A stretch of DNA of 64,000 bases from Deltaproteobacteria bacterium (GCA_018436855.1 JAHDKO010000016.1:7286-71285); one strand, 5' to 3'; positions 1 to 9,674 are shown, counted from the stretch's first letter. Numbers and translations: made by a program. The notes: generated by a model not told the origin, from the sequence alone.

Positions 1-2281
1 CGCTTTTCCAATTAATGCACCCGAACCCCTTGCCGTTTTCGACAACCTCCCCTCCGCAGCCAGGGCAATATCCAACAACTTCCCCCTGATCTTTAGATCC
101 GCGATCACCACGATTTTCGTCAGAATTATCATTGAAAACAAATATCACTTTCCCGTCATTTTTCGGGTCTACCTTCAACCTTGCAGAAAATGGTTTTCCC
201 TTCACAGACATGAAATTCATCAGGTCGGATTCCTCGCCCTTGAGCAGTTTTTTTACAACAGCAATAGGTATTTTCGTCCCTGCAATGCTTTTCCAGACAA
301 CCATCCCACAGCCCTCTTTCCACCTGGAACAGCCATACCCTTTTTTCCCCTCAAAGATATCGCTCCCGCACAATGGACATTTTCCGACCGATTTTCTGGC
401 CTGCTTCTGTTTATCATCTCTTGGCTGCTTATTGCCTCCCATCTTGTTTTCTCCAGAAAAACTTATAGATTTAGAAGAGGGCATACTTTTAAGCTCCTTG
501 GTAATATGTTCCACAAACCGCTCTATTCCTTCCAGAAACTTTTTTGTGATATTCTCACCCTTGGAAATACGATCCAGGATCATTTCCCAACGAGCAGTCT
601 CAGTGGGGGAAGTCAATGTTGCGGCCACGGTTGATTTTCTCAGGGTATCTATGAGCTTGCATCCTTTGGGTGTGGCAATGATGGCCTTCTTGTCTCTTAT
701 CGCATATTCTCTTGCTAGAATAGTCTCAATAATTCCAGCTCTTGTAGCCTGCGTTCCCAACCCGCAAGCATTGCCCCTGAACACCTTCTTGTACTCATCC
801 TCGTCAACATATTTACCAGGATTCGCCATGTCTTTCAGAAGCAATGCCTCGGTATAATGTGGCGGTGGCGTTGTCATCTTCTTTATATTCTCGGCCTTGA
901 CTACCTGGGCGGGATCGTCCTTCGCCAAGGGAGGAAGAACAACATCCTGCTGGTCCTTTGCACCACCATAGACTGCTCTCCATCCAGGTATGAGAATAAT
1001 CCTTCCCCTGGTAATGAATTTTTCACCTTGGACTTCGGTCACAACCTCGGTCGATTCATACTTGCAGGCAGGATAAAAGGCGGCTGCAAACCGCTCCAAA
1101 ACAAGCTGAAATAGCTTCTCTTCGTCCTTGCTTGCGTTTGATGGAATCGGAGCCAGTGGTGTAAGTGCAGGATGATCGGTCAGCTTCGCATTATTAAAAA
1201 CTCGTTTATTTTTCAATGAAATCAGGCTATGATCAATTCCCCCGAAGAGCGAAGGATATATTGGCTGGAGGTCCTGAACGATCCTTTTCACCATGCCCAC
1301 GTTGCTTTCCCCCATGACCTGACTGTCTGTTCTCGGGTAGCTCAACACCTTGTGCGTATCATAAAGCTCCTGGGCAACATCAAGAGTATGCTGCGCTGAG
1401 AACCCGTATTTTACGTTAGCAGCTCTCTGTAGCTCTGTCAGGGAAAACAACAGAGGCGGGGCCTGCTCTCCCTTTTCCTTCTTGACAGACAGCACAACGC
1501 CCGTTTTGCCCTGGATTTTATTCAGAGCAGCAACAGCGTCGTTCTCCGAGATGAATTTTTCCTGATCATCACTGAACCAATGCCCTTCCCAGGTTCCCTT
1601 TGGATTCTCGAAAACCGCCTGCAAGATCCAGTATGGTTCGGCCTTGAAACCATCCCTTTCCCTGAGCCGATCAACCAGAAGAGCCACACATGCAGTTTGC
1701 ACTCTCCCCACGGAAAAAAACTCGCCCATTTTAAGCGTCATTGCTCTGGTTATATTCATGCCGATGAGCCAATCGGACACCTGTCTCGCACCTCCTGCGG
1801 CCCATAATCTATCATATTCGCTGGCTGGCTTGAGATTATTCATTCCGTCCTGGATGACTTTAGGAGTGAGGGCCTGCGAAGACCAAAAACGATAAACAGG
1901 TCCCTTATACTTGCCTTGTCCCAAAATTGTTCTAAAAATTACCTCCCCTTCCCTTCCCGCGTCCGTTGCCTCAATCACGGACGAAACATCCTTTCTTGCA
2001 AGAAGGGTTAAAATAACTTTGAGCTGATCCTTGACATTTTCAATTGGTTTCCTACGGTATTTTTCAGGGATCATAGGAAGAACATCGAGCTTCCAGGGTT
2101 TGCCCCATTGATCGTTATAGTCTCCCGGCTCATAAAGCTCGACAAGATGACCGACTGCCCAAGTAATAATATATGAACCATTCTCGATATATCCCTGGTT
2201 TTTCGTGGACGAGCTTGCTCCCAGGCCCTTGGCAAAATCAAAGGCCACCGATGGTTTCTCTGTGATTATCAATGCTTTCAT
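1..2281 (-). CDS. topB: DNA topoisomerase III (type IA), N-terminal ~760 aa; C-terminus continues beyond window start
   Basis: Manual reverse-strand translation from ATG at 2281-2279 gives MKALIITEKPSVAFDFAKGLG. This is the Toprim ITEKPSVA motif, followed by GREGE, the LSYPRTDS catalytic-Tyr motif and C-terminal Cys4 zinc ribbons (CPLCG...CSRW). The ORF track omits it only because it is unbounded at the window edge. Confidence 0.8.
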   Translation of the reverse strand, partial: MKALIITEKPSVAFDFAKGLGASSSTKNQGYIENGSYIITWAVGHLVELYEPGDYNDQWGKPWKLDVLPMIPEKYRRKPIENVKDQLKVILTLLARKDVSSVIEATDAGREGEVIFRTILGQGKYKGPVYRFWSSQALTPKVIQDGMNNLKPASEYDRLWAAGGARQVSDWLIGMNITRAMTLKMGEFFSVGRVQTACVALLVDRLRERDGFKAEPYWILQAVFENPKGTWEGHWFSDDQEKFISENDAVAALNKIQGKTGVVLSVKKEKGEQAPPLLFSLTELQRAANVKYGFSAQHTLDVAQELYDTHKVLSYPRTDSQVMGESNVGMVKRIVQDLQPIYPSLFGGIDHSLISLKNKRVFNNAKLTDHPALTPLAPIPSNASKDEEKLFQLVLERFAAAFYPACKYESTEVVTEVQGEKFITRGRIILIPGWRAVYGGAKDQQDVVLPPLAKDDPAQVVKAENIKKMTTPPPHYTEALLLKDMANPGKYVDEDEYKKVFRGNACGLGTQATRAGIIETILAREYAIRDKKAIIATPKGCKLIDTLRKSTVAATLTSPTETARWEMILDRISKGENITKKFLEGIERFVEHITKELKSMPSSKSISFSGENKMGGNKQPRDDKQKQARKSVGKCPLCGSDIFEGKKGYGCSRWKEGCGMVVWKSIAGTKIPIAVVKKLLKGEESDLMNFMSVKGKPFSARLKVDPKNDGKVIFVFNDNSDENRGDRGSKDQGEVVGYCPGCGGEVVENGKGFGCINWKS

Positions 2282-2293
2282 TGAATACCAAGT

Positions 2294-2875
2294 TTACACA
2301 GCCAGCCCTAAGCGACTCTGTGCCGCTACTGTGTCCTGGATGGATCGCGTTACCTCAAGTTTGGCCCAGGCAAGACGATTCTCTGCCCCAATCCTTGCAA
2401 CCGGCATGTCCCAATCTCGCAGAATGCCCCAGATCAGGCGATCAATCTCATACTGATACCACTTTCTCGGGGATCGAACGCCATCATCCTCGATGGGGAT
2501 TTCCCCCCACGGAAGAAACAGAATCAAGTCATATGTATCCTGAGCATGTTCCTTGGCTGTGCGAATAAAATCATCCAGCATGATATCTGAGAATTCTCTT
2601 GCACACCACCGGAGTACATAGGCCACATTATCTGCCACAGAACGATCCGCAACAAAGGAGCCCACACCGTTCTCCTGCTCGATCTTTTTATACAAAATGC
2701 ACCACTGCATTTTCATGTATTCCCCTGGTGACATTTCCCGCAAATTATCGATGCCGTGCTCTTTTATGTATGACCTCACCCCTTCCTCAACCCGAGGTAT
2801 TCCGAACTCCTGTTCCAAACCTCTCGACAAGATGCTTTTCCCGGTTCCTTCAGACCCACTAATGGCGATTCGCAT
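2294..2875 (-). CDS. P-loop NTPase, NadR/AAA_28-like (nucleoside kinase-like)
   Basis: Walker A is MRIAISGSEGTGKS, and a downstream FVADRSVADNVAY motif is present. The long ORF extends to 3028, but starting at the internal Met (2875) avoids a 170-nt out-of-frame overlap with the upstream Zn-ribbon gene. Confidence 0.5.
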   Translation of the reverse strand: MRIAISGSEGTGKSILSRGLEQEFGIPRVEEGVRSYIKEHGIDNLREMSPGEYMKMQWCILYKKIEQENGVGSFVADRSVADNVAYVLRWCAREFSDIMLDDFIRTAKEHAQDTYDLILFLPWGEIPIEDDGVRSPRKWYQYEIDRLIWGILRDWDMPVARIGAENRLAWAKLEVTRSIQDTVAAQSRLGLAV

Positions 2876-3074
2876 TCTTCTTCCTCCACTCTCTGAAAAT
2901 TTTTCTTTGAATATCTGCTGTCTGCTCGATGGTTGCAGACTCAAGTCCACAAGAGGGACACATAGAAATTTGCGACTGATACGACACCCTGACTCCCCGG
3001 AAAACCAATGAATCCTTTTTATTGACAAGCTGCATACTCGTTTTACATTCCGGGCATATTAACTGCTTGATCAT
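2859..3074 (-). CDS. YgiT-type zinc-ribbon protein
   Basis: CPECK...17aa...CPSCG arrangement in a 71-aa protein, consistent with the YgiT/MqsA-type zinc finger. Confidence 0.45.
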   Translation of the reverse strand: MIKQLICPECKTSMQLVNKKDSLVFRGVRVSYQSQISMCPSCGLESATIEQTADIQRKIFREWRKKNANRH

Positions 3075-3672
3075 AGCCTACCTCGTTTTTCCTGATCCAC
3101 TTCTTGATGAGTTTCTTCGACTGTCTTTTGTATACCTCGGCAATGGCATCCTCACGCGATTCAAAAAGGTTTTCTTGCCGATCCATCCCGTACATCTCAA
3201 GTAACCTGAGTTCAACCACTACAGTATCAGTAAGCCCCCCTTGAGCCTCTATATGAAGCATAGGAACACTTCTCCTGAGATATCTCCCGATCAGGATTGC
3301 CCGATGGCAATTCTGTGGTTCCTTCTCCGCGCACAAGAGACAACACCTATACATCTCCATTCCCTTTTTTACCCGGCCAATGCTTCCCCGGAATGCTTTT
3401 GATTGTGCGATAAGCTCCCAATCAGGTGTTCCATTTCTAAAAAAGTTTTCATTTGAAGGATGTACCCCCAGATCAGGCATTGGCACATAAAGAATTCCAG
3501 CGTCCTTGAGTTTTTTTCTTAAAACGTCCTGGTTATAATCAGGATACCGCGAAGAAAAGGGCTTGCTTCTCACATCAATTATGGAATTTATTTTGAAAAA
3601 CTTGAGAGGTTCCAAAAATTCCTCAAAGGAATCAAAAGCAGCATACCCTATGGTGTAAAGATTTCCGCTCAT
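3043..3672 (-). CDS. DUF488-family protein with C-terminal extension
   Basis: N-terminal LYTIGYAAF...DVR pattern typical of DUF488. Operonic with the neighbouring genes. Confidence 0.4.
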   Translation of the reverse strand: MSGNLYTIGYAAFDSFEEFLEPLKFFKINSIIDVRSKPFSSRYPDYNQDVLRKKLKDAGILYVPMPDLGVHPSNENFFRNGTPDWELIAQSKAFRGSIGRVKKGMEMYRCCLLCAEKEPQNCHRAILIGRYLRRSVPMLHIEAQGGLTDTVVVELRLLEMYGMDRQENLFESREDAIAEVYKRQSKKLIKKWIRKNEVGYDQAVNMPGM

Positions 3673-4190
3673 TTACCGCCCCCCTGTGACATCTCAGCTA
3701 TTTTAAGGGCAAGCGTCGCAACCTGGATTGATTCTTTGAATATATCCTCACGAGTGCCATTGCGATAAACAAACTCAGAAATAGCCTCGGCTACCTCTCC
3801 AACTTCCTCGGAAAGATATGTTTCCCACTCAAAAGGTGACCGCTCCTGAACACCCCATTTCTGGATCTGCCTTTCGTTTTCCCGAAATATATGATCAACA
3901 AGAAATGAAATCGATTTAAGTTTCTGATCTTTCCATATCGGCGGGATAAAACGAGACTGCCAAACATCAAAGGGAGCCGTACATCCACAGTCAAGACAAC
4001 GACACCAATACTCATTATCTCCACCATCCATGCATATCCGTGAACCATTCTCCTTTAGCGTTTTAGCAGTTGCCCGATAAATATCCCTCGCCAAATTTTT
4101 TGCTTCATCGACCGACATCCCATGCTCAACATTACCAAGAGATACAAATATATGATCTTCGCTATCAGCCCATGCTTTTTTCTTCTCCAT
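3669..4190 (-). CDS. Cys-rich N-terminal domain fused to a MazG-like nucleotide pyrophosphohydrolase domain
   Basis: The C-terminal QKWGVQERSPFEWETYLSEEVGEVAEAI resembles the MazG EExxE motif region. The N-terminal CMDGGDNEYWCRCLDCGC is a Cys cluster. RBS GGAGG precedes the ATG at 4190. Confidence 0.4.
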   Translation of the reverse strand: MEKKKAWADSEDHIFVSLGNVEHGMSVDEAKNLARDIYRATAKTLKENGSRICMDGGDNEYWCRCLDCGCTAPFDVWQSRFIPPIWKDQKLKSISFLVDHIFRENERQIQKWGVQERSPFEWETYLSEEVGEVAEAISEFVYRNGTREDIFKESIQVATLALKIAEMSQGGGK

Positions 4191-4212
4191 TACTCAACCT
4201 CCATTTATTCAT

Positions 4213-4256
4213 TATTATCTACATAACATAGATAGGCCATTTTGTCAAGTATTATT
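4213..4256 (-). promoter_or_regulatory. Sigma70-type promoter (family B): AATAATAC-TTGACA-N17-TATGTT
   Basis: On the minus strand: aggaaataatacTTGACAaaatggcctatctatgtTATGTA, about 25 nt upstream of the RBS/ATG of gene 3669..4190. Confidence 0.45.
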
Positions 4257-4300
4257 TCCTGTTGAATAAGTTTATGAGAAACTATCCAAGTATGCATACA

Positions 4301-4343
4301 GGTATTATTCTTTGAGCAGGAAATAAATTGAGCACAAAAAAAG
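4301..4343 (-). promoter_or_regulatory. Conserved element A, copy 1 (candidate activator-dependent promoter)
   Basis: +strand ggtattattctttgagcaggaaataaattgagcacaaaaaaag. Matches the consensus GTATTATTCTTTGAGnGGGAAATAAAACGnCnnCAAAAAAAA seen at 9 other loci. Confidence 0.5.
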
Positions 4344-4376
4344 AGCCAGTTCCCTTTTCAGGAAACCAGCTCTTTT
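4336..4376 (-). terminator. Candidate rho-independent terminator after gene 4390..4605
   Basis: Imperfect 13-bp stem (agagccagttccc / ggaaaccagctct) followed by a T-run on the minus strand. Confidence 0.35.
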
Positions 4377-4389
4377 GGTCTATAACTTT

Positions 4390-4605
4390 TTAATACATCA
4401 ACGGCATGAATAATCCATCTCCTCCTTTGAAAGTAAACCCTATCGGGCCAAGTCTTTCTCCAGGATAGAGTTTTAGATCACCAAAAACCGTCGCAAGGCG
4501 AAGTATAAGCGATGCATCAATATAGCCATCGTTCTTCCAGGGGTACTTGCACCGTTCGCTGTCTGGGTTACAGAATGGGGCCAATATTTCAGCCAATGTC
4601 TTCAT
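4390..4605 (-). CDS. hypothetical protein (71 aa)
   Basis: ORF with good coding-like composition in a same-strand array. No recognisable motif. Confidence 0.35.
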   Translation of the reverse strand: MKTLAEILAPFCNPDSERCKYPWKNDGYIDASLILRLATVFGDLKLYPGERLGPIGFTFKGGDGLFMPLMY

Positions 4606-4617
4606 AGTACACTCCTT

Positions 4618-5028
4618 TCATTCCCAATCGGTGCCTTTGGGCAGACCTTCGATATAGGGAGCATCACTATCGAACTTGATCCAGAAGCATCCCAGACAAT
4701 ATGCGAGTTTCATACAGTTGATAAAATTTTTGCTCAGTCTGATCTTGACAGCAACCCGGATACTTTCGTCATAATAATCTGGATCATCCGGTACATGAAT
4801 CCATGCTCCATGATCATGTAATATCCACATTAACAGACCCCATTCCCCATGATCAAAATGCGCTGAATTGCAAGTAAGCGAATTCGCCCTAAACGCATCT
4901 TTGTCAGTCAGATCGTTGAGGATATTGAAATCTTCCTTCATGGCATGACCTGTAGAAAGATCCAGATAGTTTCTCACGTTCTCTTTCTTCGCTGCCTTCG
5001 TTATTGTTTCCCATGAAATCTTTTCCAT
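4618..5028 (-). CDS. hypothetical protein
   Basis: Start chosen at Met (MEKISWETI) preceded by GGGAGA RBS. The long ORF extends to 5163. Confidence 0.4.
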   Translation of the reverse strand: MEKISWETITKAAKKENVRNYLDLSTGHAMKEDFNILNDLTDKDAFRANSLTCNSAHFDHGEWGLLMWILHDHGAWIHVPDDPDYYDESIRVAVKIRLSKNFINCMKLAYCLGCFWIKFDSDAPYIEGLPKGTDWE

Positions 5029-5165
5029 AATTTTCTCCCTGTTAAAAAACGGAGGGGGAGAAGGTGACCCCCCCGTCCTGGTGTTTGTGCAAAACAAGGT
5101 GACAACAACAGACGTTTGTGTAAAGTGATAAACCAATTTCTTTACACAAACGCTTGCCACCATAC

Positions 5166-7532
5166 TTACGCAGCCTTCAGCTCATAGAGAACAAACTGTT
5201 TTTTTCCCGGAACCTCGATCAGTCGGATTGGCTTTCCATTAAGCTCCCCATGTTTCTTGTCGTATGACCCCACCTTTTTCTTGCGATAGTAGATATCACC
5301 CTTAAAAAAGATGAACTCATGCTTTCCGTCAACATGGGCAACTCCGATAAACTCGCCACCAATGGTTCTCTGGGCATATACCATTCCTCTGACTACTTGC
5401 TGATATTGAACAGAAGCGGTATGATCGCCTTTTGTATAGGTGGTGGTTACTGTTTCAGTGGTTTCGGGATCATTAAGGTATGAGTCAGATTCAACTTCCT
5501 GCTTCTTATATCTGTTCCATACCTCCTGCAAAGAGGATTTGTTCTCATGCCGGTTACCCAACAATTCCCTGGCAAGAGCAAAGAGCATGCTGCTTTCGCT
5601 GTTTGCTATTGCCGCCAGTCCCTTATCGCTCAGATCGCCTTCAACAGCCATGGCCGTTTCGAGCTTGCTTGCAATGAGCGTAAGAGCCTTTTCCTGCACG
5701 GTTTCAGCGTATGACAGGTAATAAACTCTCACATCTTTATTCTGGCCTATTCTCCAGCTACGCCGGGATGTTTGACGCAGAGTATAGATGGAATACCCTG
5801 TCTGGAAAAACAAGATTGTGGGGAATTCGTAAAGATCGAGTCCTGTCTGAACCAAACGGGGATTTGTAATAAGCCCGTCATACTCACCAGTTGCGATCTT
5901 TTCTTTAACCCACGCTTCACGTTTTTCCGTGCTCACCGTGTTTGATCTGAGAACGAGTAACCTGATACCTTCTCTTTCGAATTTTTCCACGATTTCAGGT
6001 ATCAGATCCCTTGTACCTGTATGCTCCAAACACACCAGACATTTCCGGCCTTCAGCCAATTCCTGTTTTGCCAGCTCAATGATCTTTTCCTCTTTGGGCA
6101 AAACATCGATGTCTAATGCAGGAGCCTCGGCAATAACCTCATTCACACCATTGTCGTTCATGAGAGTGATCAACTCAGGTTTTCGGCATCCGTCAGGATA
6201 AGCCAGAAGGGAATTGATCATTTTGCCCAAAAGCCGCTTATCACCACGAGCCAAGGCTTCTTTAACCGCATTTGTCAGGGTTTCCTCGAAATCTTTGTAC
6301 TCAATCTTCTGGATCTCATCCATCGACACCGGAACGATAATTTCATCATAAGGTGGCAATGATTTTGAAACATCAGAAAGTCGTACAAACACACTGTTTT
6401 CGAGAAGCATGTCAGTTAATATCAGTGGGCTTATTCCGGGTTTCTCTCTGGAGCTTACCAGCTTCCGGTTTGTCCCACCAATACTTGCGACATTGTGTTT
6501 CCCGTCCTCGACATAAACATGTTCAAGAATTCCATACAGCTTTGCGAACTGCATGGTCTTCCCGTACTTCAAACCCTTGGCATTCATCTTTTGCGGATTG
6601 AGTCTCCACATGATGTAGTACAGGTTTGTGCTGTACCCTCCGAGCAAAGTACCGGTTAATGCAAGTGTACGTTTGCACGAAGAAGCAAGATCAGCGAAAG
6701 CCTGACCCTGGCCTGTACCGCCGCCTTTCAACTCATGAACTTCATCAGCCAGAAACAGATCAAACGCGCCTTTCAGATATCGTTTGATATATTCAGCTTT
6801 TGCGTAACGCCTGAATCGACCTCCAGGCTGATACAATGGCTCACCACACAGTACAGTGGTTCCGTCATCGTTGGTCCGAATTTCATTGATGCATTTTGTC
6901 TTTTTGTTCTTTCGAACACTCTCGATTAAATCAGGATCAATCTCTCTGCCACACCGAGGGCAATATCCGTTATGAGCAATATGTTTTTGCTCATAGAGAG
7001 CCTTGCTTTTACCCTGGCACGATATTACACCCTCGATCTGGTAATGCAGCTTTGCCCTCTCTTTCCCGATAACCCACACTTCCATGTTCTTGGGTTTGGT
7101 GCGGTTTTTTCGGAGATTTACAAGCTCTGCCATAGATTTTCCGTTAAGATTGATAACAGTGCATCCAGGTATGGTTTCCTCTGCTTCCCTGATCCATTTC
7201 TGAACCAGATGACCAGGACACATAACCAGGACGCGCTTGGCATCGAGCAAGTAGGCTACTGCTAAAGCCATGATAGTTTTGCCGGTTCCCATCTCGCCAC
7301 AAAGGGTTTCCCCTCTTGCAACCTGAAAACCTTTTGTCACAGCTAAAACGGCATCCTCCTGGGCGGGAAAGAGCTTGCGCTTGAGATTATCCAACCGACT
7401 AGCCCTTTTAATATCCAAAACATCTCGGTTCTTAGGATCGTACAAGGGCTTCAACTCACTCTTGACACGATCTTTTAATTCTTCCGAGAACTCGGATAGA
7501 AAATCCTTTAATGAAATAGTATCCGTTGACAT
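5166..7532 (-). CDS. SNF2-family helicase (DEAH-box) with zinc ribbon
   Basis: Walker A GEMGTGKT, DEAH box LFLADEVHELKG, CPRCG zinc ribbon and a C-terminal helicase domain. Start at ATG 7532 preceded by GGAGG. Confidence 0.8.
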   Translation of the reverse strand: MSTDTISLKDFLSEFSEELKDRVKSELKPLYDPKNRDVLDIKRASRLDNLKRKLFPAQEDAVLAVTKGFQVARGETLCGEMGTGKTIMALAVAYLLDAKRVLVMCPGHLVQKWIREAEETIPGCTVINLNGKSMAELVNLRKNRTKPKNMEVWVIGKERAKLHYQIEGVISCQGKSKALYEQKHIAHNGYCPRCGREIDPDLIESVRKNKKTKCINEIRTNDDGTTVLCGEPLYQPGGRFRRYAKAEYIKRYLKGAFDLFLADEVHELKGGGTGQGQAFADLASSCKRTLALTGTLLGGYSTNLYYIMWRLNPQKMNAKGLKYGKTMQFAKLYGILEHVYVEDGKHNVASIGGTNRKLVSSREKPGISPLILTDMLLENSVFVRLSDVSKSLPPYDEIIVPVSMDEIQKIEYKDFEETLTNAVKEALARGDKRLLGKMINSLLAYPDGCRKPELITLMNDNGVNEVIAEAPALDIDVLPKEEKIIELAKQELAEGRKCLVCLEHTGTRDLIPEIVEKFEREGIRLLVLRSNTVSTEKREAWVKEKIATGEYDGLITNPRLVQTGLDLYEFPTILFFQTGYSIYTLRQTSRRSWRIGQNKDVRVYYLSYAETVQEKALTLIASKLETAMAVEGDLSDKGLAAIANSESSMLFALARELLGNRHENKSSLQEVWNRYKKQEVESDSYLNDPETTETVTTTYTKGDHTASVQYQQVVRGMVYAQRTIGGEFIGVAHVDGKHEFIFFKGDIYYRKKKVGSYDKKHGELNGKPIRLIEVPGKKQFVLYELKAA

Positions 7533-7671
7533 GTTTCCTCCGAAGTTTGCCCACAAGACAACTATCCCCGCAGGGAAAAAGTTGTTCCCTGTAGGAATAA
7601 TGTTTGTTTGGAATAATTGAAAGGGAGTGTGCTACGAACTACATATTATGAAGAGTTGCCTTTTTATGACT

Positions 7672-8229
7672 TTATTTCCATAACTCTTCCTGAACGATCT
7701 GTGTAAGAATAAAGCCTTCCAACTGCGCTTCGTCAGGTGTTTGCATTACACAACCCTTCACGCCTTCGCCCAGGCCGATGCAACGAACCGTTTCTCCTTT
7801 TTCGGCCCATAGCCATCTGAAGATCATTTCTGACCATTCCTGTTTGAGTGGGGTGGATACGGTGGCATCCAGCCATTTATGAAACTGATCGAGAATATTT
7901 TCATCGGATGTACCGTACAAGATCCGGGATTCATTCGATTCCCCGAATAAATCCTTATTATACAAAATCCGGTGAAGTCCGTTCTCGATTCTCTTGCTGA
8001 TTACCCGGTAATTGCCGTAACTTGTTCTTGTCATAAAACAGGATGCTTCCTCGTGTTCCAGATCGATTTCCTGGTTCTGAAGAAACATTGCCGTCAAAGC
8101 AAGAACATCGCCCTCTCTACCGAATACGGACAGGAAATAGCACTCTGGCCTATATCCATGTTTTGATAGGATAACTTTATCGCAATAGCAGCGAATTCCA
8201 TTACCCATCACTGATATAACTCCATACAT
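7672..8229 (-). CDS. hypothetical protein (185 aa)
   Basis: ORF between the methyltransferase and the helicase. No recognisable motif. Confidence 0.4.
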   Translation of the reverse strand: MYGVISVMGNGIRCYCDKVILSKHGYRPECYFLSVFGREGDVLALTAMFLQNQEIDLEHEEASCFMTRTSYGNYRVISKRIENGLHRILYNKDLFGESNESRILYGTSDENILDQFHKWLDATVSTPLKQEWSEMIFRWLWAEKGETVRCIGLGEGVKGCVMQTPDEAQLEGFILTQIVQEELWK

Positions 8230-8239
8230 GGTAATTCTC

Positions 8240-9313
8240 CTATTTTATATCGATGAAGCTCTGGGTTTGGTAATCCAAAGCCCGGACAATGATTTCGAAC
8301 CGTTCAATGACGGTGATTTTTGTTTTTTCGTCACCATCATCAGCTTCGGTATCCTCATACCCGGTTTCTTCCTGGTATTTTCTGACCGATCCTTTGATGA
8401 GAAATTTTCGATCACCCTTACCGACCATTCCATTCATCATGCCGCTTGCCATCAACATAGCCATGTGACCGTTTCGCAAAGGGGTAAGCGGCTGAAGTGA
8501 TGACATGGTTTGAATCTTGGTTTCCAGTAGGAATGAGTCCGTAAGCCCATCATTCTGAACCTGAACATAAGCCTTATCAGGATCAAAACGGGTGCTTCTG
8601 AACATGAAAGTTTTCTCGTTTCGGTCGATTACCGGCACCGGGTATGAACAGCGATAAAACTCTTCGCTATTCACTTGTGGAATATGAACCTGAACGTCTT
8701 CCACAGGAACCGATGTTACAGCGTCCCAGAAATCTTTGTTGCTTTTGTAAACCTTTTCCGGGAACGGCCCAGTTGGCCTTTGTCCCATGATCACTACCTG
8801 TTTGAACCGATCAAATTCTTCACCAGGAAAGGCGAAGATTGCAGGGTTTTCCAGGCGCATGATCAGGAACTTTTTCACCTTTTTCACTGTGCTCCAGGGA
8901 ATGATATAGATGAGAACTCCTTTTGGCGCGAGGTACGTGAAATGTTGGTGTAAAAAACGGGCTTCTACTCGGATTTTGTTATCATCAACATCTCCTGTCT
9001 CATCGTCATAGGGAGGGTTCAGAAGCAGGGCTCCGAAAGCTGCACGAGAAATGTGTGTTTCGAAAATACTATCGCATTTCAGTACAGCATCGAGCCTCCC
9101 ATCTGCTACATCAGCCCGATTCTCATCAAGCTCAATCCCGTATGTGGAACACTCTTCGTAACCATCTGCGAGAAGGGACAATGGTTCACCATCCCCGCAG
9201 CATGTATCAAGATATCTGGTTTTCCCCTGAATCACTAGAATCTTCCTGAGTGCTTCAATCACGCACAAAGGAGTAGGGTAAAACCCCATTTTTGCTTGTC
9301 CTGCCAATCTCAT
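8240..9313 (-). CDS. N6-adenine (or N4-cytosine) DNA methyltransferase, orphan
   Basis: Motif I LDTCCGDGEPL and motif IV LLNPPYD. FYPTP near the N-terminus. Start ATG 9313 preceded by AAGGAG. No adjacent restriction endonuclease. Confidence 0.75.
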   Translation of the reverse strand: MRLAGQAKMGFYPTPLCVIEALRKILVIQGKTRYLDTCCGDGEPLSLLADGYEECSTYGIELDENRADVADGRLDAVLKCDSIFETHISRAAFGALLLNPPYDDETGDVDDNKIRVEARFLHQHFTYLAPKGVLIYIIPWSTVKKVKKFLIMRLENPAIFAFPGEEFDRFKQVVIMGQRPTGPFPEKVYKSNKDFWDAVTSVPVEDVQVHIPQVNSEEFYRCSYPVPVIDRNEKTFMFRSTRFDPDKAYVQVQNDGLTDSFLLETKIQTMSSLQPLTPLRNGHMAMLMASGMMNGMVGKGDRKFLIKGSVRKYQEETGYEDTEADDGDEKTKITVIERFEIIVRALDYQTQSFIDIK

Positions 9314-9356
9314 GTCAATCTCCTTTGGTTGGTTTATTTTTATCCTGGACCACGGC

Positions 9357-9674
9357 CTATGAGATCCTTTTGACAGCCGTGATATGTGAGAAGGAAATAC
9401 ATCTCGGACTTGTTGCCTCGAAACTGCCCGGTTTTTGGGTAATTTCAAAATCATCAGGCAGCAAGATATCGAGTATGATCAACTCATCTTCTTCAAGCTC
9501 ATCCAGCAACCAATTCATCAATGCGTCATGAACAGCTTCGGGAGAAGTGAACAGGTAAATTGCATCCTGTATTTCACCCGCTGCTCTACTCCGCTTTCCT
9601 TTTTGGGGAATAAGTCCTTGGTGCCGGATATTCTTGAGATATTTATCTGTGGTCACATGATAATATGTCTTCAT
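9357..9674 (-). CDS. hypothetical protein (105 aa)
   Basis: Start MKTYYHVTTDKYLKNIRHQGLIP preceded by GAGGAA RBS. Faint resemblance to ART-like or DarT-like N-termini, not confirmed. Confidence 0.35.
   Translation of the reverse strand: MKTYYHVTTDKYLKNIRHQGLIPQKGKRSRAAGEIQDAIYLFTSPEAVHDALMNWLLDELEEDELIILDILLPDDFEITQKPGSFEATSPRCISFSHITAVKRIS

Noticed and set aside
132-2568. Plus-strand ORFs (132..857, 857..1114, 1580..1895, 2205..2568) with low-complexity translations
   Set aside because: They are antisense to the topoisomerase III gene. Manual minus-strand translation gives a continuous, motif-rich TopB sequence from 2281 to the window edge.
2875-3028. Longer N-terminal extension of the P-loop NTPase (ORF start 3028)
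   Set aside because: It would overlap the upstream Zn-ribbon gene out of frame by about 170 nt. The internal Met lies directly before the Walker A motif.
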